Shown one piece after another: positions 31,287 to 41,636 of a stretch of 64,000 nucleotides of DNA. Both the position numbers and the translations under genes were made by a program. Origin of the DNA: a virus (Duplodnaviria; Heunggongvirae; Uroviricota; Caudoviricetes); the IMG/VR virus record IMGVR_UViG_3300037483_001818; one strand, given 5' to 3'. The notes below the pieces were generated by a model. It was not told where the DNA came from, ran no database searches, and worked only from the letters and a program-made list of their open reading frames with translations. Numbering within the stretch: position 1 is the first letter of the stretch; each line of letters opens with the position of its first letter.

Positions 31287-32146
31287 AGTTCTGGGCGATA
31301 CCGTCCTGGAACGGCGACTTCCGGCTCACTCCTGGAGACGACGCCGCGACGTCCAAGCTCCTCATCATGGCGCCGACGCCGCACGAGATGCAGCTCCTCG
31401 CAGCGTTCATGACGGCGGCACGCAAGAAGAAGTGGACGAAGGAGAAACTGTCCGAAGACGATGCACTCGACACGCGGACGATCGTGCTCGATGCGCCGCT
31501 GGCCAAGGTGGGTCCGGTGCTCGTCAAGATCACCAAGCCGGCCGATCGCACGCTGACGGCGGTTTCTTTCAAGGACGGCAAACTTGAGGTCGCTGAGACC
31601 GGCACGCTCGAGACCGTGATCGCGAAGGCGGACTCCGAGTCGAAGGCCGTCAGCGTCGCGCGACCAACGCCGTGCTGCCCGTCGTGCGTGCCCGGCTCCG
31701 TCGTGCCCGCTAGCGACGTGCTGCTGTCGTTCCTGACTCCGCAAGAGCACGCCGACTGGGCGAAGCACCGCGCGATCATGGTGACGGGTGGTCGATCGGG
31801 CCATCGCTATCTGATCGCGCATCGCCATTCGCGAACCGCGGTGTTGAACAAGAAGATCTGCTACGACGTCGACGATCACTGCGTGCTGCACTTCCACGAC
31901 TGGACAGTTCCGCCGGAGGAAGAGGTCCTCGCGACCAAGCTCATCTTGGAGCACCGCGAAGCATGGCTGCGCAACGAAGCGACCGTCTTGCAGCAGAACA
32001 GCAAGGGCGAGTGGCTCGATCTCGGCTTCATGCGTTACAAGAATCCGTTCGGCGACGCGAGTGACGGTCGGCCCGATGCGGCGCTGACGGCGGCATTCGG
32101 TGCGGTCCTCGCGGAAGTGCTCCGCGGGGGAGGAGCCGTCGCGTGA
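31283..32146 (+). CDS. hypothetical protein
   Basis: GTGA overlap; VTGGRSGHRYLI, PTPCCPSC. Confidence 0.7.
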   Translation: MKFWAIPSWNGDFRLTPGDDAATSKLLIMAPTPHEMQLLAAFMTAARKKKWTKEKLSEDDALDTRTIVLDAPLAKVGPVLVKITKPADRTLTAVSFKDGKLEVAETGTLETVIAKADSESKAVSVARPTPCCPSCVPGSVVPASDVLLSFLTPQEHADWAKHRAIMVTGGRSGHRYLIAHRHSRTAVLNKKICYDVDDHCVLHFHDWTVPPEEEVLATKLILEHREAWLRNEATVLQQNSKGEWLDLGFMRYKNPFGDASDGRPDAALTAAFGAVLAEVLRGGGAVA

Positions 32147-32406
32147 GCTGGAACACTTGCAGGGAGTGCGGCCGAACTGAGAGCGAAGATGCGGCCGACA
32201 GACGTGCAGTTGGAATATACGTCGTCATGGGGCGTGATCCGACAGACGCTCTCGAAATGATTAACGACTGTTCGGACGTTAGAGTGTTGGACACCCTGCA
32301 TAAGATGCTTACCAACAACGGATCGGGTCAGACCGACAAAGAATTGAACGCGCTCATGGCTGGTCCGGTGGCTCGCCGACTCTCGCGCGTCAAGGAGCAC
32401 GAATGA
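32143..32406 (+). CDS. hypothetical protein
   Basis: Overlap chain. Confidence 0.55.
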   Translation: MSWNTCRECGRTESEDAADRRAVGIYVVMGRDPTDALEMINDCSDVRVLDTLHKMLTNNGSGQTDKELNALMAGPVARRLSRVKEHE

Positions 32407-32663
32407 ACGAGATGAAATTGTTTGTCGTGTACCTCGGCGGCAAGGTCGCCGAGGGTCGTATGGGCGAGGACCACGAAGTGGTAGTAGTCGTCGCCGAGGA
32501 CGTGCCAGCCGCGCGTAAGGCTGCAAAAACAAAGTGGCGCGGCATTGGCGATCCGCACGTGGATGCCGTGCGCGAACTGGACGTCGTAGACAAACACAAG
32601 GTCTGTCTTGTTCACGTGATCGGTGATGACAAGGCGCCTCTGGATTCAACGTGGTCGCCGTGA
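32403..32663 (+). CDS. DUF1543-like protein
   Basis: KLFVVYLGG...EDHEVVVVVAED..AARKAAK..W....PHVD. Confidence 0.7.
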   Translation: MNEMKLFVVYLGGKVAEGRMGEDHEVVVVVAEDVPAARKAAKTKWRGIGDPHVDAVRELDVVDKHKVCLVHVIGDDKAPLDSTWSP

Positions 32664-32892
32664 TTGGGCGGCAGCTGGATAAGTGTGTTCGAGTATCAAT
32701 GACGCGACGATCCTACGTCCCGTGGAGAGGGCTGATCGTCGGTCTCGTGATCAGTGCGCTTTTGTGCGTGTCGCTGTACCTACGGTTTGGCTGTTCGGAC
32801 AGCGAGCGGCAGGCGTGCCTCGATCGTGGAGGCCGCGTGCAGGAGGTCCACGGCGGCAAGGGTGGCTGGATCTGCGCCGAGAGCTCCGCGCG

Positions 32893-33168
32893 ATGAAGAT
32901 CGCCATCGACACCTGCGTTGGCAAGAAGGGTCGTGCGTTGCTCGAACACGCGGGACATCAAGTTGTGGTCGAGGCGGAGGAGGGCGAGATGGATCAAGTG
33001 TGGTTCGCACGCGCGCTCAAGGCTGACGTCGAGCTGGTCGTGTCCGCTGACAGCTATCTCGAAACTCATTGCCATGACCACGGCATCAAGTTCTTTCAGG
33101 CCGAGCAGAAGCATCGAGGTCTACTGACGGCGCAGCGTGTGCTGCTTCGGCACCCCGGAGAAGCATGA
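32893..33168 (+). CDS. PIN-like (DUF5615/VapC45-type) protein
   Basis: MKIAIDTCV...LLEHAGHQVV...DQVW...VVSAD. Confidence 0.6.
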   Translation: MKIAIDTCVGKKGRALLEHAGHQVVVEAEEGEMDQVWFARALKADVELVVSADSYLETHCHDHGIKFFQAEQKHRGLLTAQRVLLRHPGEA

Positions 33169-33746
33169 AACCACCCGTGAACGAGGTTGTTGCTGGGCGC
33201 GCGTGTGATCACACACGGGGCATGGGGCACATGCGAAGCACCGCGATCACGGTGTGCTCCAACTGTCGTGATTACTTGTGCTCGATCTGTGGTCTCACGA
33301 TCGAGTGGCACGCAGGGTTGTACGTCACGAATCTGCCCGTGCAGTGGCGCTACTGCGTGAAGCCCGCGTGCGTCGAAGTCGAGGCCCTGTACCACGGGCA
33401 CCCTGTTGCGGAGCTGGCCCAGCAGCGCAACGCGTTGCGTGCCAAGCGCATGCTGCATCATTTCCAGGATCGCGGGATCGAGCCTCGGCCGCCGTACATC
33501 CCGCCCGAGCGGACCATCTTGCCGGGTGGGGCAGCGCTCATCAAAATCACTCCGCAGCCCTTCAATCTGGATCTTGGCGAGGCGTGCTGGTGCAACCTCG
33601 GCAAGGATTGCATTGGCAACCACGAGATCTGCTGCGGCGAGCCAGTTCACCTCTGCGGGATCTGTGGGCGGACCTTCCAGATTACGCGCGACGATCCGCA
33701 CTGGTCGACGGGCCGCGGCCCCAGCTGTCCCACGGAGGCGAAGTAG
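33165..33746 (+). CDS. multi-zinc-finger hypothetical protein
   Basis: Many CxxC motifs. Confidence 0.65.
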   Translation: MKPPVNEVVAGRACDHTRGMGHMRSTAITVCSNCRDYLCSICGLTIEWHAGLYVTNLPVQWRYCVKPACVEVEALYHGHPVAELAQQRNALRAKRMLHHFQDRGIEPRPPYIPPERTILPGGAALIKITPQPFNLDLGEACWCNLGKDCIGNHEICCGEPVHLCGICGRTFQITRDDPHWSTGRGPSCPTEAK

Positions 33747-33748
33747 CA

Positions 33749-34000
33749 ATGGGTATGTACGACACCATCACGGTTCAGTGTCCAAAATGCGGTGAGCCGT
33801 CGGAGTTTCAGTCCAAGAGCGGTGACTGCATGCTGGAGACGTACATGCTCGATGATGCGCCCGACGACGTGCTCCTCGGCGTGAACGATTACGCTCCGAA
33901 TCGCTGCTCGAAGTGCAACACGCTCTTCAGTGTCGAGATTAGTGGATCTCGACCGCGTCGGACGCTCACGGCCCGCGCCGTTGTTTGGGAGGGCGAATAA
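33749..34000 (+). CDS. conserved phage-type Zn-ribbon protein
   Basis: MGMYDTI..QCPKCG...FQSKSGDC; GGAGG SD. Confidence 0.7.
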   Translation: MGMYDTITVQCPKCGEPSEFQSKSGDCMLETYMLDDAPDDVLLGVNDYAPNRCSKCNTLFSVEISGSRPRRTLTARAVVWEGE

Positions 34001-34002
34001 CA

Positions 34003-34323
34003 ATGGCAATAGAACCGAGGCGCGAGATCAATATCGGCGAAGACATCAAGTGTTCGTGCGGTGAACGCGGCGAGAGTCAGTCGTCGTGCGATCTGTTCAA
34101 CCACAACATGTTCCGTAACGACGGTCACTGGTGCACCGATGCGGAGCTACGCGAGGACGGGATCTGCCCGGACGAACCGCCGAGCGGCATCTTCAAGGGC
34201 AAGAGCGCGCAGTTCGCGCAGTTCTACTGGACCGACGAGACCGGCATCAACGTCCGCGGCCCGTTCCACGACGAGACCGAGGCGCGCGACTCGCGCAAGC
34301 GGTACATGCGGGATTGTCTGTGA
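34003..34323 (+). CDS. hypothetical protein
   Basis: ORF in chain. Confidence 0.6.
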   Translation: MAIEPRREINIGEDIKCSCGERGESQSSCDLFNHNMFRNDGHWCTDAELREDGICPDEPPSGIFKGKSAQFAQFYWTDETGINVRGPFHDETEARDSRKRYMRDCL

Positions 34324-34346
34324 CGCCATGAGGTGCGCGAAATCAA

Positions 34347-34583
34347 ATGCGTAAGCTGACGACAAACCAATTAGAACGACTTCGCGGGCTGGCCACAGCG
34401 TCGTTGGATTCGAACGTTGTCGTTGATTTCGGAAGCGCGCCAGAGGATCTCGTCGTCGCATGCGATCGAGCGCTTGGCTGGGATGCAATGGAAGAGGAGG
34501 AGGACGAGGACGAGAAGCGGGCACTCATCGATACATCGCACCAACGGTGTGCCTCTGCATGGAGGCGTCGCCATGGGAGATAA
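34347..34583 (+). CDS. ITDAQIREL-type small protein
   Basis: LTTNQLERLR...VVACDRAL...QRCA. Confidence 0.55.
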   Translation: MRKLTTNQLERLRGLATASLDSNVVVDFGSAPEDLVVACDRALGWDAMEEEEDEDEKRALIDTSHQRCASAWRRRHGR

Positions 34584-35487
34584 CCGCACGACCCAGGCCG
34601 GCAAGGGTGACATCCGCAGCCAGCGCCAGCGGCGTCGCGATCGCTACCGGGGCTGCCGTGTGTGCGGTGTGCGCAGCGTTCAGTGCACCGAGTGCGATCT
34701 CGGCGAGCAGCTCGTCGCGATCCACGGCTACGCGAGCCTGGCGCTCGTGGTCGACGGATCGTTCGTGCCGGCAGGCAAAGACGCACGCAATGCGCCCCGC
34801 GTTCACCGCGAGCGGTACGCCGCACTGAAGGTGCAGATCGCAAACGACCATCCCGCCTGGACCGCGGACCGTGTGGACGCTGCGCTGGTGGAAGCGCTCA
34901 CTGGCGCCCCATCGACCCACGAGCTTGGTCACGGAGGTGCGGGCCTCGTGCTCGTCCGCGGCAAGACGATCCTTGCATCGCGCGCGTGCGGCTTTCGTGC
35001 GGCGAGCTCGTCGGACGCCGAGTATCACGCGGTCATCCGCGCCTCGCGTTGGGCGCGCGGCGTCGCGATCTACACCGACGCGCGCGATCTGCCCGTGAAG
35101 ATGTCCCGCGTTAACCCTGACATCGCCGTGCACTACCTGGATCCGAACAAGCGCGCTGACGCGTATGCACTTGCCCATCGCTTGAGCGTGGAAGGCCGCT
35201 GCCGCGAGGCGCCGGAGACGATCCCGTCCGTTGGTCTCGCGTACGCTGCCGAGCGCTCTAATCTGACCAAGGCTCAGCGGAAAGCGAAGGGTGCCGAGCT
35301 GCTGCTTGAGCACGCCCAGGGTGATCCGAGCTTCGACGGCGACTTCACCGCGCTCGCCGCTCGGCTCGGTTGGGCTTCAGGCCGGCTATGGCAGCGAAAT
35401 CCGGCCATTCGGATCGCGTCGGCCCAGTGGCAGGCACAACAGTCAGAAATCAAGCGAGGAGAAGAGGACCATGTCGATGGGTTATGA
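34573..35487 (+). CDS. Zn-finger plus RNase HI-like protein
   Basis: VVDGSF, GGAGLVL, SSDAEYHAV, IYTD: RNase H acidic residues. Confidence 0.65.
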   Translation: MGDNRTTQAGKGDIRSQRQRRRDRYRGCRVCGVRSVQCTECDLGEQLVAIHGYASLALVVDGSFVPAGKDARNAPRVHRERYAALKVQIANDHPAWTADRVDAALVEALTGAPSTHELGHGGAGLVLVRGKTILASRACGFRAASSSDAEYHAVIRASRWARGVAIYTDARDLPVKMSRVNPDIAVHYLDPNKRADAYALAHRLSVEGRCREAPETIPSVGLAYAAERSNLTKAQRKAKGAELLLEHAQGDPSFDGDFTALAARLGWASGRLWQRNPAIRIASAQWQAQQSEIKRGEEDHVDGL

Positions 35488-35797
35488 CGTCGGGGACCTG
35501 CTAGCGGAGATCAAGGCCAAGGATGCAGAGATCGCGCGTCTCATTGCGTGCAGCTTGAACCTGACCGAACCAGAGCTGAAGTTGACGATGGTCGCGATCA
35601 GGGAGGTTCATACACCAGAGCGAGTGCAGCATTCGATGTCTTCTGAGGCCGCGGCCATCCTTCAGAAGCTCCAAGCATCACTCGACCGTATCGAGAATGA
35701 ACGACGGGCGGCGACCGACTTCGCGGCGTCGCTTACCGACGAAGAGCGTGAGATCATCAAGGCGCGGCGGGCCGCCAAGAGCAGTGCTTCGCGATGA
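35471..35797 (+). CDS. hypothetical protein
   Basis: GAGGA SD. Confidence 0.6.
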   Translation: MSMGYDVGDLLAEIKAKDAEIARLIACSLNLTEPELKLTMVAIREVHTPERVQHSMSSEAAAILQKLQASLDRIENERRAATDFAASLTDEEREIIKARRAAKSSASR

Positions 35798-36504
35798 ATC
35801 GCATCATCGAAGTCTTTGGCTCGTCGCCGGTCTTATTGCCGGTCGTCCATCCCATCGGCCGTGAAGAAGCCCTCGCCTCGGTGCGCATCGCTCACGAGCT
35901 TGGTGTGAAGGGGCTATTCCTCATCGATCAAGGCATGACCGAGCGTGAGGTGCTCCAGCTCGTCCGCGAGGTCCGCGAGCGCTGGCCGTCATTGTGGGTC
36001 GGACTCAACTTACTCTCGCGAACTCCCACGAGCGTCCTCGCCACCACGTTCAATCGGGGCTATCGCATCGACGGCATCTGGTCCGACGACGCGGGCATCG
36101 ACGAGCGTGACGGCATTCATCCCCGTGCAGACGCCTTCGTCAAGACCCGTAACGCCGCGAGCTGGGACGGCCTTTACTTCGGTGGTGTCGCTTTCAAGTA
36201 TCAGCGCGAGGTCTCGCCGAAGGATCTCAGCCGCGCGGCTGAGATGAGCCTTCCGTACATGGATGTGCTCTGCACGAGCGGTCCGGGCACGGGCTATGCG
36301 GCCGATGTCGAGAAGGTGCGCGCGCTGCGTGCAGGACTTGGAGATCATGCAATGGCGCTCGCGTCAGGGGTTACGCCCGATAACGTGGGCAGCTACCTGC
36401 CGTACGTGCAGGCATTCCTCGTCGGCACCGGAATCGAGCGGCAGCTCGGTGTTCTCGATCCGGCGAAGCTCGAAGCCCTGTTGAAGGCGATGCAGGCCGG
36501 GTGA
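35794..36504 (+). CDS. BtpA/SgcQ-like TIM-barrel protein
   Basis: LLPVVH, GLNLL, FGGVAFKYQ, TSGPGTG, LASGVTPDNV, FLVGT. Confidence 0.8.
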   Translation: MNRIIEVFGSSPVLLPVVHPIGREEALASVRIAHELGVKGLFLIDQGMTEREVLQLVREVRERWPSLWVGLNLLSRTPTSVLATTFNRGYRIDGIWSDDAGIDERDGIHPRADAFVKTRNAASWDGLYFGGVAFKYQREVSPKDLSRAAEMSLPYMDVLCTSGPGTGYAADVEKVRALRAGLGDHAMALASGVTPDNVGSYLPYVQAFLVGTGIERQLGVLDPAKLEALLKAMQAG

Positions 36505-36839
36505 TCGTGGCGCGCACGTACAAGACGCTTTCGCTCTCGTTGCCGCCGGGCGTTGTCGAGGAGCTGACCATGATGGGCAAGTCGACCGGACGCGTTGCGG
36601 CGCGGGTCGCGACCGAGATCGTGTTGCGCGAGGTCGCCAAGATGTCCGCGCCGAAGGAGGAGACGCGTCGGAGGTCGTGGTGCTGTCAGGCCATCGTGAC
36701 GCCGATCCAGGGTGCGCTCGTGTTGCCCGAGACGCCCACCGGTGAGCGCCGCTGGGTGCCGGTGGTCGCATTGCTGTGCAGCGCGTGCCTCAAACAGATG
36801 CACGGGCGTGAGTACGAAGGATGGATCGCAGATGCTTGA
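36501..36839 (+). CDS. RHH-like hypothetical protein
   Basis: KTLSLSLP...; overlap chain. Confidence 0.55.
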   Translation: MIVARTYKTLSLSLPPGVVEELTMMGKSTGRVAARVATEIVLREVAKMSAPKEETRRRSWCCQAIVTPIQGALVLPETPTGERRWVPVVALLCSACLKQMHGREYEGWIADA

Positions 36840-37080
36840 TACGACGACGGACACGACGGCGCGGGTGATCCTCATCTATGCGGGTCTTTCCCTCGTGATC
36901 GGCGGCATCGCGGCTTCGTACGAGATCTGGCACAAGCCCACGATGCTCGATCGCGCGAACGGTCGTGGAAAGTTTTCGTCGCCGAAGGAAAGCGCGTTCG
37001 GGATCTGTCTATTCGTGGCCATCCTCTGGCCCATCTTGGCTGTCCTGGCGATCGCCGATGCATGGAGCGCGAGACGATGA
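36832..37080 (+). CDS. two-TM membrane protein
   Basis: Two hydrophobic segments. Confidence 0.6.
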   Translation: MLDTTTDTTARVILIYAGLSLVIGGIAASYEIWHKPTMLDRANGRGKFSSPKESAFGICLFVAILWPILAVLAIADAWSARR

Positions 37081-37427
37081 CGAAGAAAATGGCCCGCAAG
37101 ATGGCGCGCCAGAAGAAAAAGGCATCCCGTCGTTCGGCGGCTCTTGTGGACCCGCCGTCATTCAAGCCTTGCGACGATTATATCGATGATCTAACCGCTC
37201 CCGCGGCGCTGCGGAAGTTCCTCGCGTTCGCCCGGGCTCCGGCCCACGGCCAGCTCCTGCCCAAGCCGCATCCGCGGCTATTCGCCGATTACGAGGGACG
37301 TCGCGTGCGCGTCACCATGGCCTCGCGCATGGGCGACGTTGGCATCACGACCGATTTCACCGCCGAGCTGGGCTATGAGCGACGCGTTCCTGTGAGCCAG
37401 CTCGACAACTTCTCGGAGACACCATGA
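37077..37427 (+). CDS. hypothetical protein
   Basis: RVRVTMASRMGDVGIT. Confidence 0.65.
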   Translation: MTKKMARKMARQKKKASRRSAALVDPPSFKPCDDYIDDLTAPAALRKFLAFARAPAHGQLLPKPHPRLFADYEGRRVRVTMASRMGDVGITTDFTAELGYERRVPVSQLDNFSETP

Positions 37428-37780
37428 GCACGACCCAGTTGAAGTACACGCTCGCTGAATGGCGGGCGAAGGCTGCCGAGTTGTTCGGCGAAGATTTCAT
37501 GAAATGGAAGTTCGTTTGTCCGATCTGCGGACACGTCGCGAGCGTCCAGGACTGGAAGGACGCCGGAGCTCCTGTGCAGTCGGCTGCATTCTCTTGTGTC
37601 GGCCGCTGGGCCGGTGCACATCCCACAACCGCCAAGGGCAACATTGGCCCAAACGGCATCGAGGGCAAGGGGCCCTGTAACTACGGGGGCGGCGGCCTGT
37701 TCCAGTTTAACCCCATCGTCGTGGTCGATCCCGACGGTGTCGAGCTGAAAGCGTTCGCCTTTGCTGAGCCCGGTCAGTAG
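37424..37780 (+). CDS. VVA0879-like phage protein
   Basis: LFGED...WKFVCPICGHVASVQD...SCVGRW...CNY.GGGLF. Confidence 0.7.
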   Translation: MSTTQLKYTLAEWRAKAAELFGEDFMKWKFVCPICGHVASVQDWKDAGAPVQSAAFSCVGRWAGAHPTTAKGNIGPNGIEGKGPCNYGGGGLFQFNPIVVVDPDGVELKAFAFAEPGQ

Positions 37781-37785
37781 ATCCG

Positions 37786-38184
37786 ATGAAGCGCAAGCTG
37801 ACCATGAAGGAACGCGGTGGATCCTGGATCCTTCCGTGGCCAAACACGATGGAGAACGTACGCGAGATCGTGCGTGAGCTGCGTGCCGAGGGATGGACGG
37901 CAACGATCGAGAAGACCGTACACGCGACGTATGTGTGGACAAACGCGATCGGGCGGGCCGGGGTTGCTAACCAAAAGGCAGTGCAGAACCGTGAGCCTGT
38001 TCCGTGCGCGTCGGACGAGCATGCGTTTCGTCCCGAGGCGTATGACCTGCCCGCAAGCGATCCGGCGCTCCACGATGAGTGCTGTACGATCTGCGGCTGG
38101 TCGTGGGACGAGATCGCTGATCACGATCGTGGCGACTGTTGCTGCCCCGCCGACCACACAATGAAGCTCCTGGAGAGCTGCTAG
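37786..38184 (+). CDS. hypothetical protein
   Basis: ORF in chain. Confidence 0.55.
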   Translation: MKRKLTMKERGGSWILPWPNTMENVREIVRELRAEGWTATIEKTVHATYVWTNAIGRAGVANQKAVQNREPVPCASDEHAFRPEAYDLPASDPALHDECCTICGWSWDEIADHDRGDCCCPADHTMKLLESC

Positions 38185-38194
38185 CGTGCGGTCG

Positions 38195-38443
38195 TCATGC
38201 CGTGGCCGCGGCTCGGCGCACACTCACGGCGCGCCAGCCAACAACAAGCACGAGCAGCGTGATCGCGACGACCGCGAGCATCTCCGTGAGCGTTGGAACC
38301 CAATACTTCGGGCAACGGCAGCTCCAGCCGCAGTGACACCCGCCGCAGGCACAGCGAAGGGTTCAGCCGTAGTAGGCAACTGCGAGCGCCGCGGTTACTG
38401 CGATCGTGGCGTCCGCGAGAAGGCGTGGGCGCGCAAGCTTCAC
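38195..38443 (-). pseudogene. TM-Cys-rich-TM gene interrupted by in-frame TGA (38363-38365)
   Basis: MKLARPRLLADATIAVTAALAVAYYG*TLRCACGGCHCGWSCRCPKYW...LAVVAITLLVLVVGW. Confidence 0.35.
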
Positions 38444-38710
38444 TGCGAACGCTCGCTCGAAGACGACACGGGTCCGATCATACCAGCACCGGCACACGAA
38501 GGAGCGCGCGCATGAGCGACCAGCCTCAGCTGACGAGGACGAATCAGGCCGCGTATGACGAGATGCGGCGGCTCTTGGACGCGTTGCCCGACGAGGAGTC
38601 GCGACAGGTCGTGTTGGCGGCGCTTCTCACGAATCGCTGCCGGATGTGCCTCGACTACAATCCGCGTGGCGCATTTTGGTGTTGTTACGACTCACGAGGA
38701 GACTGAAGAG

Positions 38711-39079
38711 ATGATGGAAGGCCAGCTCAAGAAGCTACTCGACAGGAGCCTGCACGCGTATACCGAGCGCGAGCGACGATGGTGGAAGCAAGATTTTCGT
38801 GGGCGCTGGGTCGTGCTCGAGCCGGGGCCCGGGCGGTTACTCCGGGACTCGCCACAGCACCTTCGTGACTACATCAACGCGATCAGCGATCAGCGTGGGC
38901 GTCGTTTCTCGTCGCTTTCTCGCGCGAGGGCGTTTGCACGCGAGGTTGGCGGCGTAGTCCGCCGGTGGCGGCGCCAGATGCCGAAGAGAGGCCCGTGGCA
39001 CCGCGTGACCAACCCGTGGGCACGCGCCGCCGACTGGTCACCGCTGGCGCTGTGGGGCTGTTGCCTGGAGGCGGCGTGA
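38711..39079 (+). CDS. hypothetical protein
   Basis: ORF in chain. Confidence 0.55.
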   Translation: MMEGQLKKLLDRSLHAYTERERRWWKQDFRGRWVVLEPGPGRLLRDSPQHLRDYINAISDQRGRRFSSLSRARAFAREVGGVVRRWRRQMPKRGPWHRVTNPWARAADWSPLALWGCCLEAA

Positions 39080-39292
39080 ACGTCGATCGCATCATGACCC
39101 GTCACATGGACTGGGGCGCTGGCGTGCTTCGTGGCATCCGATCGCATGGTTCGTTAGCGCACCTTGCGCCCCGCGATGTGGACGCGGCGATCGAGCACAT
39201 CCAGAAAGCGGCCCGGCTCGTCGATCGACTTCAGCGAAAGCTTGCCAAGGAGCGGCGCCGCTCGCGGCGGCGCAGATGACGATCGCGGGTCT

Positions 39293-40102
39293 TCACTGCC
39301 CACCGATCTTCGCGGTGTCACACCAAATAACGTTGTTGGTGTCGTCGTACCAGAACCACGACTGGCCGCGCGTCGGAATGATGAAGGCTGCATTGTCGGG
39401 CGTGCGAAAGTCGGGTTGGCCGGCTCCCGGAGATCCGGCTGTGCTGGCGATCGTGACGCCGCTCCCGAGGTTCTGAATGGAGAAGCGATAGCCGTAGCTC
39501 GATCCACCGGCCGGCGCTTGGCGCATGTCCATGCTGTTCAGCGTGCAGCCTGCGCCGAAATCGGCGCGGATGTTGTTGCAGTAGTAGAACGGGAGCCCTG
39601 TCGTTGCATCGACGGGCAGCCACGAGTTCAAGGTCGACGCCGCTGGCACGGTGACCACGATTGACCGGATCATGTCTTCGACGCCTGCGACGAAGCACAG
39701 AAACCACTTGTCCGTATCGTCGAGGATGAATCCGCCCATGCCGAGCGACGGAATCACCAGTGATTGGCGACGGCCGGCGAGATGAAACGGCCACGTGTTG
39801 CCTGGCGTGTCTTGCTGAATGATCAGGTTGCCGGTGTTCTGCGTGTTGCTTCCGCCTTGGTTGATGATCAACCGAAACGTTCCGCGCCCCGAAGGTCCGG
39901 CGATGCCGGGATTTAGTCCCGCAATGATCGATCCGTTCACGTCGGGGACGGCGACGATCACGCTACGTGGCTCGTCGACGCCAAACGTGTTCCAGTCGTT
40001 TGTTACCGCCGGCAGTGATGGAAGCGCGGCTGGCGCGTTGTGCGGCTTCATCAGCAAGCTGACGAGCTGCAAGACATCGATGCGGGTGGGAATGGTGGTC
40101 AT
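39293..40102 (-). CDS. beta-rich putative fibre/adhesin-associated protein
   Basis: Coupled (ATGA) to collagen gene 2; two similar beta-rich halves. Confidence 0.65.
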   Translation of the reverse strand: MTTIPTRIDVLQLVSLLMKPHNAPAALPSLPAVTNDWNTFGVDEPRSVIVAVPDVNGSIIAGLNPGIAGPSGRGTFRLIINQGGSNTQNTGNLIIQQDTPGNTWPFHLAGRRQSLVIPSLGMGGFILDDTDKWFLCFVAGVEDMIRSIVVTVPAASTLNSWLPVDATTGLPFYYCNNIRADFGAGCTLNSMDMRQAPAGGSSYGYRFSIQNLGSGVTIASTAGSPGAGQPDFRTPDNAAFIIPTRGQSWFWYDDTNNVIWCDTAKIGGQ

Positions 40103-40773
40103 GTCGGATCCTTAACGTCGAAAGAAAATTGGTCGCCGACCGAGGCGGCCGAGCTGAGTGACAGCACGAACTGCGCGACCGTGCGTGACGAGAGATCGAC
40201 GCGAAGCATGAGATCGGCTGCGGCTTCGTTCTGCGCGGGGAACACTCGGTAAAGCGCGTCTGCCCGTGCAGCGGGGAGCGGAATGATGAGGTTCGCGAGG
40301 TCGGGCTCCAGGCCAGTGACCGTGTATCCGAACACCTGATCGGTCGAAACCGCCGGTCCGGTTGGTCCGGTTGGTCCGATCGAGCTCGGTCCGGTCGATC
40401 CGGTCGAGCCCGTCGGTCCGGTTGATCCAGTCGAGCCCGTCGGTCCGGTTGATCCGGTCGAACCCGTCGGTCCGGTTGATCCGGTCGAACCCGTCGGTCC
40501 GGTTGATCCAGTCGATCCTGCCGGTCCTGTCGGGCCCGTCGCACCGGTGTTCGTCGCTGCGCCCGCCGGTCCCGTCGAGCCGGTGGGTCCCGTTGTACCC
40601 GTCGGTCCTGTTGCGCCGGTATTCGCCGCGGTGCCCAGTGGTCCTGTCATGCCCGTGGGTCCGGTCGCTCCGTCATCGCCGTCGTGACCGCGGTGTCCAC
40701 GCTTGCCTCGTTTGCCACGCTCGCCCTCGCAATCGTCTTCACAGTCGAGGAGGCGCTTGCTGATGTCGGTCAT
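40099..40773 (-). CDS. collagen-like fibre protein 2
   Basis: GPTGST repeats; conserved leader [20 protein letters not shown]. Confidence 0.9.
   Translation of the reverse strand: MTDISKRLLDCEDDCEGERGKRGKRGHRGHDGDDGATGPTGMTGPLGTAANTGATGPTGTTGPTGSTGPAGAATNTGATGPTGPAGSTGSTGPTGSTGSTGPTGSTGSTGPTGSTGSTGPTGSTGSTGPSSIGPTGPTGPAVSTDQVFGYTVTGLEPDLANLIIPLPAARADALYRVFPAQNEAAADLMLRVDLSSRTVAQFVLSLSSAASVGDQFSFDVKDPT
40390..40520. repeat. 27-bp tandem repeats encoding collagen GSTGPTGST
   Basis: Units of ccggttgatccggtcgaacccgtcggt. Confidence 0.8.
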
Positions 40774-40962
40774 GCTGTGAAGAGGGTATCGGCGTGTTGA
40801 GGTGAGAGCCAGAATTTGGCCACCGCCAGGATTTGTGCTCGGTGCGGGCGCAGTTCCGTCGCGTTCAGCGCGCAAAGGGAAGGCGGTGCAACGACGTGCT
40901 CTCGGCGTGCAGATCCGCCACGTGACGTCCGCCGTCTTCTTCGGCGTTAGAGCGTTAGAGCG

Positions 40963-41601
40963 CTAGGGCGTCAGATCGTAAACAACCACCGAGAAGCTTT
41001 TATCTGTCGCCACACCTGCACTGTTGAAGGTGAAGACGATGATCTCATCCACGCCGTTGAATACCCATGTGATCTCCCCTGGAACGCCGATCGAGAGGAG
41101 CCCAGGTGCCACGACGAGGAAGGTGATGTCTGCGGGAGGACTCGACAGCTGGAGGTGGTACTCCCCTGTCGCCGGATGGGCGGGACCTGCGCCCACGAAA
41201 CCCGTCTGGTGGGAGTAAACGGGTACTCCCGTGCCGTTCACAGTCGCGGCAGCGATGACCGGCGGAAACCCGCTGGTGCCCGTCGGCCCCGTCGCGCCGG
41301 TGTTCGCCGCGGCGCCACTTGGTCCCGTCGATCCTGTCGGTCCTGTCGGTCCCGTGAACCCCGTCGGCCCCGTCGGTCCTGTCGCGCCGGTGGATCCCGT
41401 GGGACCGATAGGTCCGTCCGAGGGTCCCGTCGGTCCCGTGCTTCCCGTGCTTCCGGTGCTGCCTGTTGGTCCTGTCGGTCCCGTGGTGCCGTCTTGGCCG
41501 TCATGACCGCGGTGTCCGCGGCGACCGCGCTCGCCCCGCTCGCCCCGCTCGCCTTCAAATTCGTCGTCACAGCCAGGGCTGCTGATCTGGATTTCGGCCA
41601 T
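40963..41601 (-). CDS. collagen-like fibre protein 3
   Basis: GPT repeats; conserved leader; C-terminal head ...GEYHLQLS...DKSFSVVVY. Confidence 0.9.
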   Translation of the reverse strand: MAEIQISSPGCDDEFEGERGERGERGRRGHRGHDGQDGTTGPTGPTGSTGSTGSTGPTGPSDGPIGPTGSTGATGPTGPTGFTGPTGPTGSTGPSGAAANTGATGPTGTSGFPPVIAAATVNGTGVPVYSHQTGFVGAGPAHPATGEYHLQLSSPPADITFLVVAPGLLSIGVPGEITWVFNGVDEIIVFTFNSAGVATDKSFSVVVYDLTP

Positions 41602-41607
41602 AGGTCG

Positions 41608-41636
41608 ACGTTAGTCGCATCCAACACGCAGGGCAA
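41608..41636 (-). promoter_or_regulatory. sigma70-like promoter, probably leaderless
   Basis: TTGCCC-17 nt-TAACGT-6 nt-ATG. Confidence 0.65.

Noticed and set aside
32893-33168. Complete toxin-antitoxin pair around the PIN-like gene
   Set aside because: No DUF433-type or other antitoxin is adjacent; the upstream gene is a small membrane protein.
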